This document shows positions 57,120 through 64,000 of a DNA stretch of 64,000 nt, piece after piece. Location of the stretch: contig OZ240248.1 in NCBI GenBank assembly GCA_965198235.1, positions 640,001 to 704,000 on the forward strand, written 5' to 3'. The notes under the pieces are model-generated. The model saw only the letters and a list, made by a program, of their open reading frames with translations. It made no database searches and was not told the DNA's origin. The stretch comes from Candidatus Poribacteria bacterium (lineage in GTDB: Bacteria; Poribacteria; WGA-4E; WGA-3G). A program made the position numbers and the translations under genes. Numbering within the stretch: the stretch's first letter is position 1; the number at the start of each line of letters is the position of its first letter.

Positions 57120-57172
57120 CTTATCTCACGCGATAATAATAGCACTCCACTCTCTATAGAAGGAGAATTCAG

Positions 57173-57595
57173 ATGGCTTTGAACATGTCTCGGCGGAAGA
57201 AAACAGGCACCGATGATGACATTCCGATGGCACCGATGATCGATTGTGTCTTTTTGTTGCTTATCTTCTTCATGGTGTCTGCTATCATGCGGGTTCCCCC
57301 GCCTTTCACTGTCACCTTACCCGATTCCGCAACTAAGCACGAGTTCACACGGAAGAAGTATAATCTCTTCATTAGCGGTGACGGACGGATTTCGATTGAT
57401 GACCAGGAGATGTTGACCCTGGAAGACATGGAGCTTTTCATTGCAGCTCATGAAAACCAGATTAGCACTCTAATTATCAAGGCAGATAAGCGTGCGAAAC
57501 ACGGTGTCGTCATTGATGTGGTGGAACGAGCGAAACAACGCTCCAGTAAAACGGAGGGGCTTGAAATCGCTTTCGCGGTCTCGGAAGAGAACTGA
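57173..57595 (+). CDS. exbD: ExbD/TolR family protein (second copy)
   Basis: MAPMIDCVFLLLIFFMV; LIIKADK motif; AAGGAG RBS. Confidence 0.9.
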   Translation: MALNMSRRKKTGTDDDIPMAPMIDCVFLLLIFFMVSAIMRVPPPFTVTLPDSATKHEFTRKKYNLFISGDGRISIDDQEMLTLEDMELFIAAHENQISTLIIKADKRAKHGVVIDVVERAKQRSSKTEGLEIAFAVSEEN

Positions 57596-57614
57596 AAACT
57601 GCAACGCAGTTAAC

Positions 57615-57645
57615 AAAAAAGGCAGCTTCGGCTGCCTTTTTTTTT
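57615..57645. terminator. bidirectional rho-independent terminator
   Basis: A6-GGCAGC-TTCG-GCTGCC-T9 between convergent exbD and gltB. Confidence 0.9.
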
Positions 57646-57720
57646 CAGATAATATAGTACAATAGAGGGACGACTCAACTGCAAGGTAGATTTTTGGTGC
57701 TTATCTCGCGGTTGAGTTTT

Positions 57721-60700
57721 TTAGCGTTTTCGTTCTCTGCGTCCTGCGGCTCTCCTTTTAAGTTGGACGGGTGCTGGAGGCGGTGGCGGCGGCGGTGTTA
57801 CAACCTTCCAAAAATGCGAAAGGAGATCCTCCCAATTGGTGAGGATTTTCTCGGCGTGTTCACTGTCGGTATATGCCGCGTGATTTTGTATAAGTGCCAT
57901 CAGATTTTTAATATCTGTTTCACTCGTTACCTTTTCTAACTTCACCCAATCCGAGTTGTACTTCTTCTCGAACTGTTGTTTTTCGTCGAGAACATAGGCA
58001 GTGCCGCCGGTCATCCCGGCTCCAAAGTTTCTACCCGTTTCGCCGAGAATTACGACTGTCCCCGCGGTCATGTATTCACAACCGTGATCTCCCACACCTT
58101 CAACGACAGCGGTTACACCGCTATTTCGGACGCAGAACCGTTCGCCGGCTCTACCGGCTGCATAAAGCGTACCACCTGTGGCACCGTACAACACTGTATT
58201 TCCGATGATTGTATTTTCATAAGTTAGGAACTGTGCAGTTGGCGCGGGTCTAATAATAATTTCTCCGCCTGCCATGCCCTTGCCCACATAGTCATTAGCT
58301 TCGCCTGTCAAAACGAATTGTACACCGCTGATACAGAAAGCACCGAAGCTCTGTCCCGCACTGCCCCTAAAATTGCACCGGATCGTCCTATCAGGTAAGC
58401 CAGCATCGCCATAGTGCATCGCAATTTCACCGGACAACTTTGCTCCCACTGTTCGGTGCGTATTCCGGATGGAATAAGAGAGTTGGATCGATGTTTTCTG
58501 TGAGATTGCTTCCTTAGCATCCTCCAGAATCTGGTCGTCAAGAGAAATGTCATCCCGACTGTTTCGCTTTTGTAGATGGTAACGCGGCTGCGTTCCAGTT
58601 GGATCGGCAGGGGTCAGAATCTCGCTCAAATCCAGCGTTCCAGTTTTCGGGTAATCTGCTAAATCGACCGGTTGAAGCAATTCTGGACGTCCGATAATAT
58701 CGTTGAGGCTCCGGTGCCCGAGGTTGGCAAGGATAATTCGCACTTCATTCGCCACACCGAGCATGAAATTGATAACCATTTCGGGCGTGCCGGGATATTT
58801 CGCACGGAGTGCTGGATCTTGGGTAGCTACACCAACCGGACACGTATTCAAGTGGCATTGGCGTGCCATAACACACCCTGTCGCGACCATCGCTATCGTT
58901 CCAAACCCGTATTCTTCTGCCCCCAACATTGCGGCAATAACAATGTCGCGTCCGGAACGCATTCCACCGTCCGCCCGTAACACGACACGATCCCGCAATT
59001 CATTTGTTACGAGTGCACGCTGTGTCTCAGCAAGTCCGAGTTCCCAAGGGGTCCCTGCGTTTTTAATGGAACTGAGCGGGGATGCCCCGGTGCCTCCTTC
59101 ATGCCCACTTATTTGTATTACATCAGCGTAGCCCTTTGCCACCCCTGACGCAATCGTTCCAACGAGAAATTCGGATACCAATTTTACAGCTACCTTTGCC
59201 CGCGGGTTCGCTTGTTTCAGATCGTAGATGAGCTGTGCCAAATCCTCGATAGAGTAGATGTCATGATGTGGAGGTGGTGAGATCAGCGGCACTCCTGGCA
59301 CAGAGTGTCGAAGAGAAGCGATTTCGGCTGTCACTTTATGCCCTGGAATCTGTCCACCTTCTCCGGGTTTTGAACCTTGCGCCATCTTAATTTCCAGTTC
59401 CTTCGCCGATATAAGATATGTTGGAGTTACACCGAAACGTCCGGATGCCACCTGTTTGATGGCACTGGAAGCAAGGTCACCATTGGGCTGCGGCTTAAAG
59501 CGCGTGCTGCTTTCACCGCCTTCTCCACTCCCCGATTTTGCCCCAAGACGATTCATAGCGATTGCCAAGGTTTCGTGTGTCTCGCGACTTAACGCACCGA
59601 AGGACATACTACCGGTTGTGAAACGCCGAACGATATCTTCCGCCGGCTCTACCTCTTCAATCGGAATAGGGGCACCGGGTTTAAAAGCAAGCAGATCTCG
59701 TAAACTGGAAGGTTCTCCACTCTCAACGGCAGCAGCATATTTTTCATAGTCCTCAGGCTTACCTCCCTTGACAAATTTGTGAAGTGACTTAAATACCGTC
59801 GGATTAAAGGCATGGAATTCGCCGTTTCTACGAAATCGGAAATAGCCTGCCTCCTCTAAGGACGTGTTGCCTTCACTTCCAGAAAACGCTTTTGTGTGAA
59901 AGTGGAGCGTCTCTGCTGCGATTTCAGCAAAGCCAATGCCACTTAAGCGTGAGGTGGTACCTGTAAAGCATTTATCAATAACCGTTGCGTTGATACCAAG
60001 GGCTTCAAAAATCTGGGCACCGTGATAACTTGACACCGCCGAAATTCCCATCTTTGCCATAATTTTCAAAATACCTTTTTCGACGGTTGCTTTATAGATT
60101 TCAATGGCTTTCGGTGCGGTGAGTTCTGCGAATTCACCGTCCTCAGCAAGTTGAACAATCGTTGAGAGGGCAAGATAAGGGTTGATTGCAGCTGCCCCGT
60201 AACCGAGAAGAACAGCGAAGTGATGTTCTTCTCTTGCATCTCCGGTTTCAGCGACGAGGCTTGCCCGCATTCGCTTTTCTTCCCGAATCAAATGGTGGTG
60301 GACAGCACCGACAGCAAGTGCCATCGGAACCGGAGCAAGATCAGGAGAAACCTCTTTGTCACTTAGCACAAGAATTGTTGTTCCCGCATCAATTGCCTCG
60401 GAGGCGCGTTGACATAGCGTTTCTAAGGCATCCTCCAAACCTTGTTTGCCAGAAACTACGGGGAAGCAGACAGAGAGTGTTGCTATCTGAAAATCAGGTA
60501 TATTCAGTTCACGCAACGCTTGTAAATCTGTGTTTGTCAAAATTGGCGAGGGTACTCGAATAAGTCGAGCATGCTCTGGAGTTTCTGTGAGCAAACTCTG
60601 CTGCTGTCCAAGATGCGTTGTCAGGGACATCACCAAACGTTCCCGGATGGAATCGATAGGTGGATTCGTAACCTGCGCGAAACGCTGTTTGAAGTAACTA

Positions 60701-62214
60701 TAGAGCAAACGCGGATGCCGAGAAATCACAGCGGGCGGTGTGTCATCGCCCATTGAACCGACTGCTTCCTTCGCTTCTGTTACCATGGGTTTAATAAAGC
60801 GTTCCACGTCTTCAACCATATAGCCGAAAGCTTTCTGGTATGTCGATAACTGTTCAGGAACAGCATTTGTCGTGATACACGCCCCATTTTTTTCGGTTGG
60901 GAGCATCACGATGCCTTTCTGTACCCACTCGGCATAAGGCTTTTGCGTGGCAACATCATGTTTAATTTCGGAATCTTTCAGCAATTTCCCTTGTGCTGTA
61001 TCAACAGCAATCATTTGCCCAGGACCCAAACGTCCCTTTTCCACGACGCGACTGTCATCAAGTTCAATAATTCCAACTTCGGAGCCCATGACAACTGTAC
61101 CGTCTTCGGTAACCTTATAGCGTGCGGGTCGTAGTCCGTTTCTATCCAAATTCGCACCGACCATAACACCATCTGTAAACGCAACCGCCGCCGGTCCATC
61201 CCAAGGTTCGCTGACACATGAGAGATACTCGTAACAGGCTTTCAACTCGTCCGGCATATCGGGAACCTGCTCATAGGCTTCTGGGATCAGACACATCATG
61301 GCATGTAAAATACCGCGACCAGAGTGTGTTAACAACTCTAACACGTTATCCAGACTCATCGAATCGCTGCCATGTGGGTTGATAATCGGAACGAGTTTTC
61401 GGATGTGTTCGTTCCAGAGGGGCGATTGCAAGTCGGCTTCGCGCGCTCGCATCCAGTTCTGATTGCCCATCAAGGTGTTGATTTCGCCATTATGTGCAAG
61501 TGTATGAAAAGGTTGGGCGAGCATCCATGTGGATGAGGTGTTTGTACTGTAGCGTTGATGGAAAACGGCAAGTGCCGCCTGAAAATCAGGGTCTTTTAAA
61601 TCGGGATAAAACTGGGTCAGCTGGGGTGCTACCAGCAATCCTTTATAGACAATCGTCCGATGTGAAAAAGAGGCGATATGGAATTCGTCGAGTGCTGCCG
61701 CTGTAACACGATGCTCTAACTCTTTACATATCAGATACAAGCGTTGTTCAAAGGCGTCATCGGTGAATTGCTCTGGACGTCCCACCAATACCTGTTGGAT
61801 TTCCGGCAGCGTTTCCAGTGCCTTAGCCCCGAGAGCGGCAAAATCCTGAGGGACCGAACGCCATCCAAGGAAAGGAACACCGTACTGTTGTAATATCTCT
61901 TCAACGATTGCGCGTCCCCGTGCCTGTGCGTCCCGGTCGTGCCTCGGCAGGAAGATCATCCCGACACCCATGTCATTTATTGAATCGAGGTGGACTCCGA
62001 GTTTCTGAAGTTCTTTTTGAAATATTTTCTCCGGAATTTGTGTTAAAATACCTGCACCGTCTCCTGTCTTGGCATCAGCCGCCACCGCGCCTCGATGTGT
62101 CAAATTCGTGACCGCTTGCGTCGCCATCTTGATAATATCGTGGCTCCGATTTCCAAAACGGTTTGCGACAAAACCAACGCCACAGGCATCTTTTTCATTT
62201 AAATCATTATACAT
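57721..62214 (-). CDS. gltB: glutamate synthase large subunit
   Basis: CGVGF N-terminal nucleophile; HQRYSTNT, EPWDGPA, GEGGE, C..ARQCHLNTCPVG and GXGXG repeats. Confidence 0.97.
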   Translation of the reverse strand: MYNDLNEKDACGVGFVANRFGNRSHDIIKMATQAVTNLTHRGAVAADAKTGDGAGILTQIPEKIFQKELQKLGVHLDSINDMGVGMIFLPRHDRDAQARGRAIVEEILQQYGVPFLGWRSVPQDFAALGAKALETLPEIQQVLVGRPEQFTDDAFEQRLYLICKELEHRVTAAALDEFHIASFSHRTIVYKGLLVAPQLTQFYPDLKDPDFQAALAVFHQRYSTNTSSTWMLAQPFHTLAHNGEINTLMGNQNWMRAREADLQSPLWNEHIRKLVPIINPHGSDSMSLDNVLELLTHSGRGILHAMMCLIPEAYEQVPDMPDELKACYEYLSCVSEPWDGPAAVAFTDGVMVGANLDRNGLRPARYKVTEDGTVVMGSEVGIIELDDSRVVEKGRLGPGQMIAVDTAQGKLLKDSEIKHDVATQKPYAEWVQKGIVMLPTEKNGACITTNAVPEQLSTYQKAFGYMVEDVERFIKPMVTEAKEAVGSMGDDTPPAVISRHPRLLYSYFKQRFAQVTNPPIDSIRERLVMSLTTHLGQQQSLLTETPEHARLIRVPSPILTNTDLQALRELNIPDFQIATLSVCFPVVSGKQGLEDALETLCQRASEAIDAGTTILVLSDKEVSPDLAPVPMALAVGAVHHHLIREEKRMRASLVAETGDAREEHHFAVLLGYGAAAINPYLALSTIVQLAEDGEFAELTAPKAIEIYKATVEKGILKIMAKMGISAVSSYHGAQIFEALGINATVIDKCFTGTTSRLSGIGFAEIAAETLHFHTKAFSGSEGNTSLEEAGYFRFRRNGEFHAFNPTVFKSLHKFVKGGKPEDYEKYAAAVESGEPSSLRDLLAFKPGAPIPIEEVEPAEDIVRRFTTGSMSFGALSRETHETLAIAMNRLGAKSGSGEGGESSTRFKPQPNGDLASSAIKQVASGRFGVTPTYLISAKELEIKMAQGSKPGEGGQIPGHKVTAEIASLRHSVPGVPLISPPPHHDIYSIEDLAQLIYDLKQANPRAKVAVKLVSEFLVGTIASGVAKGYADVIQISGHEGGTGASPLSSIKNAGTPWELGLAETQRALVTNELRDRVVLRADGGMRSGRDIVIAAMLGAEEYGFGTIAMVATGCVMARQCHLNTCPVGVATQDPALRAKYPGTPEMVINFMLGVANEVRIILANLGHRSLNDIIGRPELLQPVDLADYPKTGTLDLSEILTPADPTGTQPRYHLQKRNSRDDISLDDQILEDAKEAISQKTSIQLSYSIRNTHRTVGAKLSGEIAMHYGDAGLPDRTIRCNFRGSAGQSFGAFCISGVQFVLTGEANDYVGKGMAGGEIIIRPAPTAQFLTYENTIIGNTVLYGATGGTLYAAGRAGERFCVRNSGVTAVVEGVGDHGCEYMTAGTVVILGETGRNFGAGMTGGTAYVLDEKQQFEKKYNSDWVKLEKVTSETDIKNLMALIQNHAAYTDSEHAEKILTNWEDLLSHFWKVVTPPPPPPPAPVQLKRRAAGRRERKR

Positions 62215-62591
62215 TTGTAAACTGACTCTCCATACATTCTTCTATATTTCTTTTGCATTGGCATTGTAGAGTGGACTCCCTGCTACTCGCCATTTTGTAT
62301 TTTATCTGCGGGGCGAGGTATACGTGTTTTAGCCCTACTCCTTTTTATCAAGGCTACAAACAATCGAAAAACGGATTTAGCTTTCAAGGCTGGATAGAAT
62401 GTTTCGTACGGCTTAAATCGGACGCTGACTACTCGTATCCTGCCAGAGGTAGCGCGCCCCAAGGCAAGAGAGCCTTTGGAATCAACGGCGATCCGCGATC
62501 GCGTCAACGGTGATTCGCGACCGACTTGGCGGGCTTACATGCTTCGGTTCGGTTCTCAGTCTTTGAGCCGAAACCGCCTATTCGTCTTAAT

Positions 62592-62620
62592 ATTATACCT
62601 TAATTTAAGCCAAAAGTCAA
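62592..62620 (-). promoter_or_regulatory. sigma70 promoter of gltB (long leader)
   Basis: TTGACT-17-TATAAT. Confidence 0.7.
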
Positions 62621-62637
62621 AAAAATCCCCTCTCGCC

Positions 62638-63842
62638 TCAATAGCCGACTGCACAGCCATCTCGTCTCGGATCCGAACCTGCGACGAGCGTGCCGAAGGA
62701 TGGATTGATAAAAATTGTTTGTCCCCCTCCAAAAAAAGTGTGCCCCGGTATGATATGATGTCCTTTTTGTGCCAATACGGCTTGTGTATTCATCGGAATG
62801 CCTGTCTCCAGCATAACCCGTGAGTCGTCCATTATTCTAAACCGAGGCGCGTCCAACGCGTTCTGTACGTCCATATTGAAATCTACAAGATTGCATACAA
62901 ATTGTAAATGTCCTTGCGCTTGCATTTGTCCGCCCATGACCCCAAAGGTGACTAAGAGAACCCCATTTTGTGCAATCATACCGGGGATAATAGTATGCAG
63001 TGTACGTTTATGTGGAGCAATACAATTTGCATGGTCGGGATTAAGCGAGAAACCCGCACCCCGATTTTGTAACATAATACCCGTATCGCCAGCAACTAAA
63101 CCTGAACCAAAACCAGCGAAGAGACTGTTGATAAAGGATACAACATTTCGCTCGCTGTCAACTGCACAGAGGTATACCGTGTCACTTCCCATTGCGGGCA
63201 CACCAGGGTTTGGCTGCATGTTTGCCCGCTCTGGTGAGATACGCTCTCGCTGGCTTTCTGTATAGTCGTTGGAAAGCAGGCCATCTACTGGCACATCCAC
63301 AAATGTCGGATCTGTCACGTATTCGTAGAGATCTGCGAACCCTAATTTCATTGCCATGCGAGACTAATCTGTAGGCTGACAGGAAATCCTTTTTCCGCGT
63401 AATTGATGGCAGGCTGAAGGACCTCCGCTAACGACATTGTTCCACATTCGTTGAGGAGTGTTGCCCACCCGTCAATTGTACCAGGGACAGTGACTGGATA
63501 CATACTTCCAAAAGAAGGAATACTCACCAACCCCTGCTTGGTAAAGAATTCTGGCTCTGCAGCGTAAGGTGCTCTACCGCTCGCATTTAAGCCGCGGATC
63601 ACGCCATCTTTGGGCTGATAAACGAGCATGAAGGCATCACCGCCGATGCCGGTTGACATTGGCTCAACAACGTTAAGTATTGCGGCAGTCGCGACCGCTG
63701 CATCAACGGCGTTTCCGCCATTTTGTAAAATCTGCAACCCACCCTGCGCCGCGAGCGGTTGACTCGTTGCAACTGCCCCATGTTGGCAGATGACAGCCGA
63801 ACGTCCAGGCCCAAATTGGTTTGGAAAGTACCCATCAAACAT
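62638..63842 (-). pseudogene. ggt: gamma-glutamyltransferase split into two ORFs (63348-63842, 62638-63357) with internal deletion
   Basis: N-part GGNAVDAA...GIGGD; C-part DTVY nucleophile, LQNRG, GVMGG, DPRRDG; the middle of the large subunit is absent and the frame shifts at the junction. Confidence 0.75.
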
Positions 63843-64000
63843 CCATTTTCTCCTACTTGCAGACTGGTATCACTGTAGCACACCCCATATTTTTTGTCAA
63901 ATTCAGCACCAAATGCATATTTGATTTCCGTAGGAGCATTGTGTAAGAGCGTCGGTTTTCACGGACTGGATGGTGTTGCTTTTAGACTATCTCATCTTGA

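Noticed and set aside
62283-62507. Leader peptide attenuator for gltB
   Set aside because: TTG start without RBS and no Gln/Glu codon run
1-64000. CRISPR array, rRNA or tRNA genes
   Set aside because: No regularly spaced repeat-spacer array, rRNA signature or tRNA cloverleaf recognised by eye

Overview
Gene-dense bacterial window of about 48-50% GC, estimated by eye. The gene mix (PhyH, Gfo/Idh/MocA, DUF6785-type membrane protein, TPR proteins, BMC shell genes, serpin, many toxin-antitoxin modules) is reminiscent of Candidatus Poribacteria (sponge symbionts); this taxonomy is an inference only. Contents from left to right: (1) SDR; a MoeB plus hypothetical gene pair and a sulfite/nitrite reductase-TusA fusion, separated by a RelE TA module and a complete non-autonomous IS200/IS605 (tnpB-only) element; (2) sugar oxidoreductases, PhyH, TPR, SRAP and an orphan E1-alpha; (3) two fused MNT-HEPN genes and a DUF4258/YgiT TA pair flanked by a 225-bp duplicated gene end; (4) VWA, ADH and prenyltransferase-repeat genes; (5) a heavy-metal RND efflux operon (CusA, CusB, two TolC, YHS) headed by a Cys-rich ORF ending in RGPP; (6) msrP, serpin, peptidase, phosphoesterase; (7) a satellite BMC locus; (8) envelope genes, including a ~1100-aa lipoprotein/beta-barrel candidate followed by ExbB-ExbD-ExbD; (9) gltB and a split GGT. 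The strongest novelty candidates are a pseudoknotted RNA leader of tnpB, a candidate metal-sensing RGPP arrest peptide, a ~300-nt structured intergenic RNA, the large outer-membrane protein + ExbBDD module and an FMN-binding/cytochrome b562-like fusion. No rRNA, tRNA or CRISPR array was recognised. All family assignments come from motif recognition by eye; no database search was run.
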